64,000 bases of DNA from Malacoraja senta (taxonomy: Eukaryota): assembly GCA_038087875.1 (NCBI GenBank), contig CM075990.1, positions 6,016,001-6,080,000 of the forward strand, given 5' to 3'. This document shows, piece by piece, positions 50,501 through 60,820 of this stretch (the stretch's first letter is position 1; each line of letters begins with the position of its first letter). The notes under the pieces were generated by a model. That model had not been told where the DNA came from and did no database searches. It saw nothing but the letters and a program-made list of their open reading frames with translations. The position numbers were made by a program, and so were the translations under genes.

Positions 50501-51856
50501 AGATAATTCAAAGGCAACAAATCCAGAGGTTCAGCTTTGTGTTTTAAATGTTTTGGAAAATAAAAGATTGTTTTTGATATCCGATTTAAATCTCATTGTC
50601 CACAAACATTTCCACCCTAAGTTCGAACAAAGATAATACAGCAACCAAGAACAGACTTCCTCCTCCACACTTTATAGAACAAAACCAAGTTTTTTATCAG
50701 CTTGTATTTGTGGAAACATTAAATGTTACTTTTTAAGACATTTGCTAAAATGTAACAATCCCATGTGTGGCTTGACCCACTGAGCATTTCCCCATTTCTC
50801 CTTCAGACCTGTGGCATTTATTTAATTAGCTCCGAGTTGCTATGCAAACATCTGAAACAAGAGAAAATCCATGGTGTGGGCAGAGCATGGAGACAATGAA
50901 TGCATTCTTGATCTTATCCCAGTTCATCTGACTGCACATTACTGCCAGCATGCTGATTTAAAAAACAGAAACAGTTAGGCATGTGATTTACCCCTGCCCC
51001 AAAACCCCCCAACAACTTAGTACCACAACTCAAATAATTTTCAATGAACCATCACTTTTTCCATTGTTGGCTTCTTCAACAATGGGGGGGAAATATCCAT
51101 AGCAATTTGATAGTGGGATGATTTTTGTGGGTGTCCCAATGGCAAGTTTCTCATGACCTTCTTCCCATCACTAAAGATTTCTTTATGCAAAGCTCTGTTC
51201 ATATCCCCCCCCCCCCCTCCTCATCAACAAACAGACCACTCCGTTTTTCACTGCTAGAAAAAAGAGTAGGGAGACAAAAATAATTTGGCAGCAAGTGGGT
51301 GGGGGTGAAAGAAATTAAGAAAAGTGATTATTGGTCAAGGGTCAGCTCAGGCAGTGCATGCCACTTTAGTTACTACATGATGTAATTTAGGAGAAACAAA
51401 CAGAAATACGCAGCCTTCTTTTATTCAACCAACCAATTAAGAACGTACACAGCACAATCACACTATGCCATAATACACTATGCCAGAATAATTACTATCC
51501 TTGAAAGGAATTTAGTCATATACTTTTTTGTAACACTGCCATCAAGAAAGTTTTCTGTAAATTGCATCATTTTCTAAAGAAGTTGGTTTGCAACTTTATT
51601 TCACTGGCATGAGAGTAATGACAAGCAGCACCTACCACGCAAATGAAAATAAATTGTTGCCTTAATATAGCTGCATTTGTTGGCAATCTTTCATTGTAAA
51701 CCTTTTCTGGGATCTAGGTGGAGTATTTGAACGTAGTAAAATACCAATGTGTAGAACCACTACGCCTACCAACAGCTGGTGAATCATTTCACACTAGCAC
51801 CACACAATTTCAGACAACTCAATTCTGATTCCACTTACCCCGCCTTTGGCTGCCAT
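17724..51856 (-). CDS. ANXA5-like: Four-repeat annexin (ANXA5-like), 323 aa; join of 12 coding exons: 51839-51856, 41455-41542, 40459-40553, 37903-38016, 33851-33941, 30948-31027, 27427-27480, 25140-25233, 23306-23401, 20913-20971, 19793-19915, 17724-17783
   Basis: All introns are GT-AG and exon phases are consistent (972 nt in total). Core exon sizes 95/114/91/80/54/94/96/59/123 match the vertebrate annexin pattern. Protein: [55 protein letters not shown]...[25 protein letters not shown] exon lies downstream, as for human ANXA5. Exact orthology is unproven. Confidence 0.93.
19793..19915 (-). CDS. ANXA5-like: Annexin exon [41 protein letters not shown]
   Basis: 123-nt exon, [11 protein letters not shown] motif. 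Confidence 0.97.
20913..20971 (-). CDS. ANXA5-like: Annexin exon (V)[19 protein letters not shown]
   Basis: 59-nt exon, PAYFAE motif. Confidence 0.96.
22560..22870 (-). mobile_element. V-SINE (HE1-like)
   Basis: Reverse-complement of A box, V-domain and gggcctgtttccatgctgtatctct tail. Confidence 0.85.
23306..23401 (-). CDS. ANXA5-like: Annexin exon (V)[31 protein letters not shown](V)
   Basis: 96-nt exon, AG/GT bounded. Confidence 0.95.
23466..23620. repeat. Compound (TA)n/(TG)n/(CA)n microsatellite
   Basis: Seen directly. Confidence 0.9.
23625..24870 (+). mobile_element. CR1-type LINE, degenerate RT through 3' end
   Basis: [12 protein letters not shown] motif, CR1 C-terminal motifs, 3' end ccgtttccatgct. 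Confidence 0.88.
25140..25233 (-). CDS. ANXA5-like: Annexin exon [31 protein letters not shown](V)
   Basis: 94-nt exon, WGTDE motif of repeat 3. Confidence 0.96.
25325..25620 (+). mobile_element. V-SINE (HE1-like)
   Basis: tRNA head, V-domain, CR1-type tail. Confidence 0.85.
25873..26074. mobile_element. PIF/Harbinger-type MITE, subfamily B
   Basis: TIR AGGGCCTGTCCCACTTGGGCGTCATTTGC, TTA TSD. Confidence 0.85.
26236..26517 (+). mobile_element. V-SINE (HE1-like)
   Basis: tRNA head, V-domain, CR1-type tail. Confidence 0.85.
27427..27480 (-). CDS. ANXA5-like: Annexin exon [18 protein letters not shown]
   Basis: 54-nt exon, tttttag|GGT...AAG|gtgag; repeat 2-3 linker. Confidence 0.9.
28005..28295 (+). 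mobile_element. V-SINE (HE1-like)
   Basis: tRNA head, V-domain, CR1-type tail. Confidence 0.85.
28752..29138. mobile_element. hAT-type non-autonomous DNA transposon
   Basis: TIR CAAAGATCCTATAGC / GCTATAGGATCTTTG; 8-bp TSD catagaag / cattgaag (one mismatch). Confidence 0.75.
30390..30680 (+). mobile_element. V-SINE (HE1-like) with an internal 21-bp tandem duplication
   Basis: tRNA head, V-domain, (tggttagtgtctgggtgattg)x2. Confidence 0.8.
30948..31027 (-). CDS. ANXA5-like: Annexin exon (D)[26 protein letters not shown]
   Basis: 80-nt exon, AG/GT bounded, DTSG motif. Confidence 0.96.
31070..31554 (+). mobile_element. 5'-truncated L1-type LINE with a 15-bp target-site duplication
   Basis: [13 protein letters not shown]-terminal motif, T-rich 3' UTR, AATAAA/A-rich tail; aaaattctcagaaat at 31055-31069 and 31555-31569. 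Confidence 0.8.
32024..32183. mobile_element. Inverted Penelope-derived repeat pair with a 12-bp direct repeat
   Basis: cccatacaagat at 32012-32023 and 32184-32195; core ctgaagaagggtctcgatccgaaacatc. Confidence 0.75.
33095..33190 (+). repeat. Penelope-derived terminal repeat with hammerhead-like core
   Basis: ctgaagaagggcctcgacccgaaacgtc at 33097-33124. Confidence 0.7.
33851..33941 (-). CDS. ANXA5-like: Annexin exon [30 protein letters not shown](D)
   Basis: 91-nt exon, AG/GT bounded, GAGT motif. Confidence 0.96.
34190..34801 (+). mobile_element. L2-type LINE 3' end
   Basis: [50 protein letters not shown] and (CTTGC)n tail. Confidence 0.88.
34850..35045 (+). mobile_element. CR1-type LINE 3' end
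   Basis: gccacagaaggctgtggaggcc...ggcctaattctgctcctat. Confidence 0.8.
36337..36563. mobile_element. PIF/Harbinger-type MITE, subfamily C
   Basis: TIR AGGGCCTGTCCCACTTT, TAA TSD. Confidence 0.85.
37903..38016 (-). CDS. ANXA5-like: Annexin exon [38 protein letters not shown]
   Basis: 114-nt exon, AG/GT bounded. Confidence 0.96.
38342..39028 (+). mobile_element. GC-rich non-autonomous retroelement with a LINE-like tail
   Basis: GC head, T-rich tract, G run, internal ggacttaccatc repeats, AATAAA and (GAACTT)n. Confidence 0.6.
39790..40383 (+). mobile_element. GC-rich non-autonomous retroelement, same architecture, different tail
   Basis: Same head, T tract and G run; AATAAA and (TCTGAT)n. 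Confidence 0.6.
40459..40553 (-). CDS. ANXA5-like: Annexin exon (G)[31 protein letters not shown]
   Basis: 95-nt exon, AG/GT bounded, GTDE motif. Confidence 0.96.
40950..41330 (+). mobile_element. Degenerate L1-like ORF2 3' fragment
   Basis: W..FLDTI..L and LYNVEQIRY (compare LHLEKIRY). Confidence 0.4.
41455..41542 (-). CDS. ANXA5-like: Annexin exon [29 protein letters not shown](G)
   Basis: ttag|GGA...TTTG|gtaag; start of annexin repeat 1. Confidence 0.95.
41680..41916. mobile_element. PIF/Harbinger-type MITE, subfamily C (inverted relative to the 36337 copy)
   Basis: Same TIR and internal sequence, TAA TSD. Confidence 0.85.
43190..43480 (+). mobile_element. V-SINE (HE1-like)
   Basis: tRNA head, V-domain, tail. 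Confidence 0.85.
44140..44430 (-). mobile_element. CR1-type LINE 3' end, inserted in a decayed Rex1-like fragment (about 43540-44740)
   Basis: [19 protein letters not shown] motif and CR1 3' UTR. Confidence 0.85.
44770..45020 (-). mobile_element. Penelope-like element 3' end plus terminal repeat
   Basis: [12 protein letters not shown] end of ORF, then the ctgaagaacggtttcagcccgaaac repeat. Confidence 0.75.
45300..45630. promoter_or_regulatory. CpG-rich island inside the long annexin intron; possible promoter
   Basis: Dense CpG, YY1-like GCCATTT, possible + strand donor GAC|GTGAGC; no match to other repeats in the window. Confidence 0.35.
46550..46755. mobile_element. Fold-back Penelope-derived repeat pair
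   Basis: Inverted arms around gtgaagaagggtttcggcccgaaac; flanks cactgattaaa / caccgattaaa. Confidence 0.75.
46805..47295 (+). mobile_element. Penelope-like element fragment: GIY-YIG endonuclease C-terminus followed by the terminal repeat
   Basis: FAEHLHSVR...[33 protein letters not shown], followed by ctgaagaaggg...gcctgacccgctgagt...gcagtt. Confidence 0.8.
48500..49466 (+). mobile_element. GC-rich non-autonomous retroelement, related architecture
   Basis: cagcagcc head, T tract, G run, CpG-rich body, AATAAA and (ATT)n tail. Confidence 0.55.
49645..50275 (-). mobile_element. CR1-type LINE 3' end
   Basis: [43 protein letters not shown]; tail next to (ctatgttt) repeats. Confidence 0.92.
51839..51856 (-). 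CDS. ANXA5-like: Annexin first coding exon (MAAKGG); exon 51839-51872 includes 16 nt of 5' UTR
   Basis: Polypyrimidine tract plus AG acceptor, strong Kozak AACCATGG, GGG|GTAAGT donor. Phase 0 fits the next exon. Confidence 0.75.
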
Positions 51857-52389
51857 GGTTCAGTAAGAAAATCTGTTTTAAAACAGAAAAAAAAGGATAA
51901 TTTATTGTAGCTTCTCCACACCTCCTGAAATATTTCAACAACACATTAATAACACGACAAGAGCAAATAAGAATTACATGATACCTCTGACAATCCTGCT
52001 ACAAAGAAAAATGTTCCCAGTATGTGGCTGTCTGAAACTCGAGAAAGAAGGCCTGCCTTTTCTCTGAGGAAAGACTCTGGCGGCAGCTTAGGGATTGGTC
52101 GAGAGATTGGAAGCATATTTAAATAATTTAGTCATGGAAAAGAGTTAGCCTATAAGAAGCAACTTGTCAGAAAACCTCTGTGGGTGCAGCAAAAACCAGC
52201 ACTGAACTCTGTTGTAATTGTCAGATAATTCAGGGCACTGAAGGTGAACGGTTTCCCCAGCAATGCCCATCACTGATACGCAGGTTAAAATCCCCAAACT
52301 GTGCCAAATCAGAAAAGTTTACAGCAGAGAGAGGAAGAGGAAATGTTTATCCTTGTTTTGATTAACCTCACCGATCTTACAATATGTTT

Positions 52390-52900
52390 GTCAAGAGTCA
52401 AGAGTGTTTTATTGTCATATGTCCCAGATAGATCAATGACATTCTTACTTGTAGCAGCACAACAGGATATGTAAACATAGTACATTGTTAACAATATAAT
52501 AAATGAGAAAAAAAGTTCAGTGGGTATATATATACATACGCACATACATAAAACACACACGCGCATGTATATACACACACATAAAAACAATAATAGTGAT
52601 AGACAAACAATAATAGTGCAAAAAGCCAAACCTAATGCCTCCAAGTCCATGCAGTTCAGAGCTTATTTGGAGGTTGTAGTGTTTAATAGTCTGATGGCTG
52701 TAAGAAAGAAGCTGTTCCTGAACCCGGACATTACAGTTTTCAGGCTCCTGTTCCTTCTTCCTGATGGCAGGGGTGAAATGAGTGTGTGGTCAGTGTGGGG
52801 TGGGTCTCTGATGATGCTGGCTGTCTTTTTGAGGCACCGACTCCTGTAAATCACTTTGATGGTGGAGAGGCCAGAACCCGCGATGGACTGGGCAGTGTTC
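52390..52900 (-). mobile_element. Rex1-type LINE 3' end
   Basis: RCLKKTASIIRDPPH..ISPLPSGRR.RSL..FRNSFF..AIRLLN; (CTCTTGA)n tail. Confidence 0.85.
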
Positions 52901-53024
52901 ACTTGAAATACATGGGGTCTAGGAAAGAGCATTCACGTTGCGGCCCTGTTTCCACCAATCTTTCCACCACATGGCTGAGGAGGCCGACATTGGGTATTTT
53001 AAAGCAGAGATTGATAGGTTCTTA

Positions 53025-53230
53025 GATGGACAGAAAATGCTAAAGTAACTCAGCGGATCAGGCAGGATCCATGGATAAAAATAATACGTGACCTTTTGGG
53101 TAGGAACCCTTCTTCAGACCCAAAACGTCACCTATTATTTTCCTCCAGAGATGCTGCCTGATCCGCTGAGTTACTTCAGCACTTTGTGTCTATATCTGGC
53201 ATAAAACAGCATCTGTAGTTTCTTCCTACA
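53025..53230. repeat. Inverted Penelope-derived repeat pair
   Basis: Head-to-head copies of the same repeat. Confidence 0.7.
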
Positions 53231-55259
53231 CATTTATAGCTTCTTCAAAAATAGATCAGCCATGATCGAATGGCGGAGGAGACTCGATGGGCAAAAATGC
53301 CCTAATTCTGCCCTTAAGTCTTATGGTCTTATACAGTAGCTGTTATAGTTTTTTAGTTATTTCTGCGATCTGGAATATAAAACTGGGAATATAATGGCAC
53401 CAGCAGATTTTTGCAATAATCTATCTTGTTTGTTTGTGTCCTAAAGTAAGGAAATTATGATATTCAGTCTGACCTATGGGGAATATTAGACCTGCAAGAG
53501 TGTGGTTAATTCTTAACTGTGTTCCAAAATGGCAGAGCAAGCACTTGTTATTTCCCGTGAAAATGTTGAGTAAAATTGGTTGGAATAAACCCAGCATCAA
53601 TCATAACAATGAGACTGAATATGTCAAAGATAAACCCTACCCCGATTTTCATGGGAGTTCTCTGGGGAAAGCCATCTAACGGACTAACCAAGCAGCAACT
53701 AGCATGTATCTACATCTCCTCGACTTAAAGTTACGATCACTCTGAAGAAGGATCTTAACTCAAAACACCACCTCTCCATGTTCTCCAGAGATGCTGCCTG
53801 GCCTGCTGAGTTACTCTATCATTTAGTATTATTTTACTAGAACTGAGAAGGAGGGAAAAGATGCATGGTAAGGTGAGGTGAGTGGTGGTTAATATTGGTT
53901 GCGGGTGAGATTAACAGAGGGCAGAAGGCCATTGCAGTGTGAAAATTGGAACAAGGTGAATGGAGGTGATGTGTCGAAATTGAAGCTGAGAGTTCACTTG
54001 CAGTAGGACAAGGGGGAAGCAAGGCCATGACAACCACATTCAGAAAACATTGACCGTACATGGGTGGGTGAGAGAAAATAGAGGTGAAATAAGCTGAAGA
54101 TAGACACAAAATGCTGGAGTAACTCAGCGGGACAGGCAGCATCTCTGGAGAGAAGGAATGGGTGATGTTTCGGGTCAAGACCCTTCTTCAGACTCAATAA
54201 TAAGCTGAATGCTTAAAGGAAGAGAAAGAGCCTAAACAGGAAGGGATAGACCAAGCATGAGCATCACTATAACCACAATGTTTTGAGTGGGGTGACAGCA
54301 TAGGTTTGCCATTCTACAAGAAGATGCCTGATGAAAGAAAAAGAGGAAAGGTAGAATAATATCTCCTTGTCTTTTGCCGAAGATAGACACAAAAAGCTGG
54401 AGTAACTCAGGGGGTCAGACAACAACTCTGGAGAAAAGGAATGGTTGAGACCCTTCTTCAGACAACGTCTGACTATACATCTCTATCTTGTGATCCCGTG
54501 GAAAGTGCACGTGTAGAATATATCTGATGTCCGAAGGTTCATAGTCTTGCTTCATGGCCTTCCAGGTTAAATCACCTGTTAGTGCTCATTATCAAAGGAA
54601 GGTTGCTTACTTCTTTGAGGTATTAGAAAATATCCACAATCCGGCATAAACCCTTGTAGGGGCCTGAAGAATTGACAATCTTTCCTATGCACAGGTGAAA
54701 CATCCCGGATTTAATAAAACTGTGTGAACTGCAAATAAATGATGCAATATCTTGTTCAAAGCCGGTTCTTCGAGTTGGAAAAGTCAGCAGCAACTATACT
54801 GTACTAAGCAGAGGCTTAGTATAGTAGGTGGGTCTAAAAAAAAGACTGCTCCATAATAGCCACAAAGTTTCAAAACACACTTGATAAACATCCCGAGGCT
54901 CACTGAAATGTAGTTTGGTTACTTTACCATGCAGGATTGTTTGTTAGTAACTGTCAGTTGCCAAACATTAGTTTAGAAATTAATACAATTATTGGCAAAT
55001 TACTTTAGTCCGAAATTGTACACAAATATTACAAGCAAGCCTTTTGCTACCTAACTTTACATAACACTTTTGATTATACCAACACAATCCAGTTTTCAGT
55101 AACTCTGAAACTGCTTCACTCATATTCATAAAATAGACACAAAAAGCTGGAGTAACTCAGCAGGTCAGACAGTATCTCTGGAGAAAAGGAATAGGTGATG
55201 TTTCAGGTTGAGACCCTTTTTCAGGTAGATCCTTCCTACCCACTCATGTTCATTGTCCT

Positions 55260-55570
55260 TGGGGCCTCACAGTGGTGCAGCTGCCTTACAGTGCCAGAGG
55301 CATGGTTCAATCCTGACCTCAGGTGCTGTCTGTGTGAAATTTGCTTGTTCTCCCTGTGACCGCATGGGTTTCCTCTGGGTGCTCTAGTTTCCTCCCATGT
55401 CCCAAAGACATGCAGGTTACTAGGGTTAATTACCTTGTAAAATTGTCCCTGGTGTGTAGGGATTGGATAATGCATAAATCTGTGAAAGTGGGATAACATA
55501 ACTAGTGTTAATGGATGGATCATTGACTCAGTGGGCCTATAGACTTGTTTCCATGCTGTATCTCTGAAAC
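55260..55570 (+). mobile_element. V-SINE (HE1-like), diverged
   Basis: tRNA head, V-domain, tail. Confidence 0.75.
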
Positions 55571-55654
55571 TGTTCATCCACTCTAATGAAATTGCATTCT
55601 AGAATGAAGCCTATGACTTGAACGTGGTGCATTTAATGTATTATGGAGTGACCT

Positions 55655-55950
55655 TGCTGTCCCACTGTACAAGTTCATTCAAGAGTTCTCCCGAGTTTGC
55701 CCTGATTCGAACTCGGAGATTTACGGTAATGGCCGCTCGTAGGTATTCGGGGCTCTCGTGGACATTTTTCAACATGTTGAAAAATCTTCACGAGTCTTCC
55801 CGAGCTTACTGCGTTTCCTGAATACCTGCCGTTAGCGTTACGAGCCGCTAAGAGACATCCCCGAGCTCCGACGTACCCGCTATGTACATCCTACGTGCTT
55901 CCACGAGTTTGATTTTTTTTAAACTTGGGAGTGCTCTTGAATGAACTCGT
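55655..55950. mobile_element. PIF/Harbinger-type MITE, subfamily A, damaged ends
   Basis: Reverse-complement match to 10113-10428. Confidence 0.75.
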
Positions 55951-57509
55951 CCCTTGTGAAGGTACACAAAAATGCTGGAGAAATTCAGCGGGTGCAGCAG
56001 CATCTATGGAGCGAAGGAAATAGGCAACGTTTCGGGCCGAAACCCTTCTTCAGACCTGACTTGAGCCAAGGAGAGGGGAAGGAGTCCAGTGGACTGAAGA
56101 GAAATTACAGTCCAGGTCTTACTTTTCGCAGAAGACTAACGTAATGTTTGATTCTCTGCCAAACTACATAAAGTATCTGTTTCTTCATCATGGAATAAGA
56201 GAGGGCGAGGATTTATCAGGGTTTCTCCCATTCTGCTTCACTTCAACGGAAGATTGGAAGAATCTCCTTTTAAATGAGTACACGTGTTTTCCGTCAAAGT
56301 GAGCGAATTCCTGAGGAACTTCATCATTTGTAACCAAATGTACATAAAAGAAAACTATTCGTAGTCTAAATTTAGTTTTTAAATATTCTGTAAAATGTAG
56401 CGTTTATGACAATAAAAACGATTTGAATTTACAATGTCCTTTTAAAGTAATTTTTCCAAAAGCTTAATCAAACAAGCAGTAATGCTGAGCTCTACAGGGG
56501 AATACAGGAGGGAATGACGAACAACTTCCCCAGTGATGTGTTTGAATATAGTAACTGTTGATGTAGTCGTGAAAATCAGGTGATCAGAAATGGAGGAGTG
56601 GAAATTTCTCCAGGCCTCGGAAGTTGTGAAACAATGAACAATGAACGCGAGTCTGAAGAAGGGTCTCGTCCCGAAACGCCACCTATTCCTTTTCTCCAGA
56701 GATGCTGTTTGACTCGTTGAGTTACTCCAGCTTTTTGTGCCGATTTTACATTTTAACATAAGGTTTACTTCCTACATTTTAAATGTTTACATTCTCATTT
56801 TCATTTGAAAGGTTCCCAAGGACCCTTGCGGTATCTAAACTGCCTCCAACCTTATAACCCAAGTCAAGTCAAGAGAGTTTATTCTCATGTGTCCCAGATA
56901 GGACAATGAAATTCTTGCATTGCTGCAGCTCAACAGGATATTGTAGTCATAAATACAGATCAGATCAGTGTGTCCATATACCATAGTATATATATATATA
57001 CACACATCAATAAACAGATAAAGTGCAACCCATTATGTTTCTCATGAAATGTATGCAGTTACCACCTCAGTCATTCTTCCTTGGGTGTTTCTTATATTTG
57101 TCCATGACCGCAACATTGTTTTGACCCTTGCAGAATAATACATATTTCCAAAAAATTTCTTGTGTTCAGTGGGGTTTTTTAAATAGCTAATTTAATATTT
57201 GTCAATCAGCATGGGAAATTGCGAGAGAACATACAAAGTTTGATTTTTGTGGCATGGCTACTAAAATCAATGGTTTCCACGAGTAAAAAATTATTTTTAC
57301 AAATCTGTAGCCGAATTAACACCCTAAATCTTTTTCAAAATTGCTCCTGATGAACAGGTGGAAAATAATACTGAGGGGAAATCCTAAAAGACCGCAGATG
57401 CTGAAATCTTGAGTAGAAAACAAACTGCTGGAGAAACTCAGTGGGTCAAGCAGCAACTGCAGAGGAACTGGACAGATGAAGTTTCAGGTAGGGTCCCTTC
57501 CCATTAAAG

Positions 57510-57805
57510 ATACTGCATTGAAACAAGCCCTTCAGCTCACCAAGTCCACGCTGACCATTGATCAAGCAGTCACACCAGTGATATGTTATCCCACTTTTTC
57601 ATCCACTGGCTGCACACTCAGGGCAATTTACTGCAGCCAATTAATCTACAATCCTGCACGCATTTGGGATGTAGGAGGAAAGTGGAGCGCCCGGAGGAAA
57701 CCCACACGGTTGCAGGGAGAACATGCAAACTCCGCACACACAGCACCCGAGGTCAGAATCAAACCTAGGTCTCCGGCACTGTGAGGCAGCAGCTCTGCCA
57801 GCTGC
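57510..57805 (-). mobile_element. V-SINE (HE1-like), diverged
   Basis: Reverse-complement V-domain and tRNA head. Confidence 0.75.
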
Positions 57806-58074
57806 ATCAGAGCTGGCTCAGAGAGCAGTGGAGGCAGGTTCTCTGGATGCTTTCAAGAGAGAGCTAGTTAATGTCAATGATTCAACTTAAACTTCAATCA
57901 TAGCCGGACACAAGGTGAATCATCCCACTGATTTCTATGGGGATTGGAGGGTTATATTTAGCAAAACAATGGGAAGGTTATGTATTTACATAGTACTGAG
58001 AAAGGTAGACCTTGCCTAATCCATCATGGGTACTGACCTCCCACATTGGAAAATGACCACCAATGCATCCACAA

Positions 58075-58390
58075 TTTCTAGGGGCACCTCCTTGAGTACT
58101 CTGGGATGCAGACCATCAGGCCCTGGGGATTTATCTGCCTTCAGTCCCAACAGTTTACCTAACACCATTTCCTGACTAATGTTGATTCCCTTCAGTTCCT
58201 CCCTCCCACTAGATCCTCAGTCCCCTAGTATTTCTGAGAGATTGTCTGTGTCTTCCTTAGTGAAGACAGAACCAAAGTACTCATTTAACTGTTCTGGCAT
58301 AACTTTGTTTCCCATTATAAATTCACCTGTCTCTGATTGTAAGGGACCTACATTTGTCTTCACTAATCTTTTCCTTTTTACATATCTAAA
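58075..58390 (-). mobile_element. CR1-type LINE internal fragment
   Basis: FRYVKRKRLVKTNVGPL..EQLNEYFGSVFTKED. Confidence 0.85.
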
Positions 58391-58589
58391 GATATGTTGC
58401 TCCAGCATGTTGTGTCTATCTTATGTCATAAACAGATTGGGTTGATAAGTAGCCCTCCAGAAAGCATGCCATCCTGACCTGGAAATATATCACCCTTCAT
58501 TTATTGTTGCTGGATTAACATCTTGGAGCTCCGAAGGCAGTGGCATTTTAAAGTACCGTCTCCCCACCTTCTTACACCTTCCGCAGGAG

Positions 58590-59360
58590 CCACTCCCCTC
58601 TCTTTCTCTCTCTCTCTCTTACTCTCTCGCTCACTCTCTGTGAATCCCCGGGCCACTCATCCCTTCTCATTCGCCCATCCCTGACCTCTGCCACTTCTTA
58701 CACCTCATCCTTCACCACATTCCAGGAACCTACACAACCCTTCCAGGAGAGGCACAGATTCACATGTATCTGAAGTTCTCCTACATTCTATCTTGCTCCC
58801 TTTATAACCCCCCCCGTCCTCGTCTTCAGCACCTCTGTCATCCATTTTTCTTCCCCTCCCCTTCCTGGTTCCATCCGCCTATGACCCCCACATTTCACCC
58901 ATCGGACCTTCCCTGCCCCATGTAGTTCTGGTTCCATCTGCCCACCTCTCCCCTATTAGTTTCCATTATCCCCTTTCCTACTTAATAGATTCCAGCACTG
59001 GCAGCCTTTCTATTCCTGTTAAATCACTTTCCCGCAGCCCTCAACCTTCACCCTCCACCCCCTTCATCTACCCTTTCCTTTGCTTTTTTTGTCTACCTCC
59101 ATCTATTATCCACTTGTCTCTATCTCCCTCTCCCCTACTTGGCTCCATCCACCCATCCCACTTCTCGTTATGCTGGCCATCTCCCCTCTCCACCCTCAGT
59201 CCTCAGGCAACTTTGAGCACAAACACCGGGAGTTCCTTTCCCAATATCACATCCCTCTGCCCCTCCCCACCACGCACACAGATGTTGCTCGACCCATTGA
59301 ATTCCCCCAACAGATTGATTAGTTGCTCCAGATTCCAGCATCTGCAATCTCCTGTGTCTG
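58590..59360 (+). mobile_element. Degenerate Penelope-like fragment
   Basis: SYTSSFTTFQEPTQPFQERHRFTC-like segment, C-rich spacer, repeat end ccagcatctgca. Confidence 0.5.
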
Positions 59361-59664
59361 CACTGTAAAGCTTCTTCATTCACTGTGAAGTACATTTACA
59401 CTGTAAGGCCACTGCTATCATCTCAGTGAGAGCTAGGAATTTGGAAACTAAAGATGACTAATAATGCCTTATTTTACCTCACCCTCCCTCTTTGTGGGAA
59501 GAAAGGAAAGAAGGCATATTGACATTTTGTCCTGGTTACTCAGTTGGGATCAAGAATTCCTTGTGAAGGAACACACCGCTATCCACTTCAAGGACCACAG
59601 CGAATCAAGAAAGCAGCTCACTCCCACCTTCTTAAGGTCAGCCTCGGATGGGCAATTGAAAAAA

Positions 59665-59970
59665 AGAACACAAAGTGTTGGAGTAACCCAGCGGGTCAGG
59701 CAGCATCAGTGGAGAACAGGGATCTTTAAACCCATGTTCAAGAAGGAACTGCAGATGCTGGAAAATCGAAGGTAGACAAAAGTGCTGGAGAAACTCAGCG
59801 GGTGAGGCAGCATCTATGGAGCGAAGGAAATAGGCAACGTTTCGGGCCAAAACCCTTCTTCACATGTTTTTAAACCCATTTTCTCTAGAGATACTGCCTG
59901 ACCAGCTGAGTTACTCCTTCACTTCATGTCCTTTTTTTTCACAACCAGCATCAGCAGTTCCTTGTTTCTA
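59665..59970. repeat. Nested Penelope-derived repeats; younger copy flanked by a tttaaacccat direct repeat
   Basis: tttaaacccat at about 59725 and about 59868. Confidence 0.7.
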
Positions 59971-60374
59971 CATGGGCTATTAAATACAGTACTGGCTCAG
60001 TCATTGTATGAACAATTGAATCTTCCCTCCTGTAATGTTTAAAGACGCGATTCTTACACCTTACTCTTTCCATTCACATATACAGTAATGCGTATCAAAG
60101 CTTCACACAGACTTTTCACTAAACAGGAAAACTGCCTGGCTGAGTCATTTTCCGAATTCTCTGAATTGCCCGAGGAAACATTTGAATCGCAAAATGCTGC
60201 AACAATGGCATTCCTTCTGACACAGATCTGCAGAGACAGGGTTTTTGCAACCAATCCATTCTGTTGTGAAAGATATGTTGCAACATTGGATGACTGTTTT
60301 AGAGCCTGACTCAGTTGCGACCCCTCCCTACTGACAGCACAGGGAAATCACTGGAAACGATGAAGGGGGAAATT

Positions 60375-60820
60375 AAAATATACATAGAGCATAATACAGT
60401 ACAGCACAAGAACGGGCCCTTCACCTCACAATGTTTCTGCTGAACACAATGGCAAATCTCATCTGCCTGCACATATCCCTCTATTCCCTGCACTTCCATG
60501 TGCCTATTCAAAAACCTCTTAAGTACCACTATCATATCTGCCTCCACCATCACCACTCCTGGCAGTGCTTTCTAGCCCCCCCACCTCTATGTAAAAAACT
60601 TCCCCCCTCTCACTTTATAGCTACGCCCTCTAATGTTGGACATTTCTGCCCTCGGAAAAAAGTTCTGACTGTCTACCTTATCTATACCTCGCCTGATTGT
60701 ATACACTTCTATCGAGTATCCCCTTACCTCCAATGTTCCAGATAAAACAATCCAAGTCTAATCAACTTCTCCCTGCAGCCAAAACCCTCTAATTCAGGCA
60801 GAATTCGGATAAATCTAATC
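60375..60820 (-). mobile_element. Degenerate CR1-type LINE 3' region
   Basis: VVEAD..FKR.L.RHM-like C-terminus and CR1-type tail. Confidence 0.65.

Noticed and set aside
52085..52130. Two CCAAT boxes and a TATA-like motif near the annexin first coding exon
   Set aside because: Order and spacing do not fit a minus-strand promoter. The exon has a splice acceptor, so the true first exon lies elsewhere and was not located.
60054..60350. Overlapping open frames on both strands between the two annexins
   Set aside because: No recognisable homology (not the ANXA6 linker), and the best acceptor is followed directly by an in-frame TGA.
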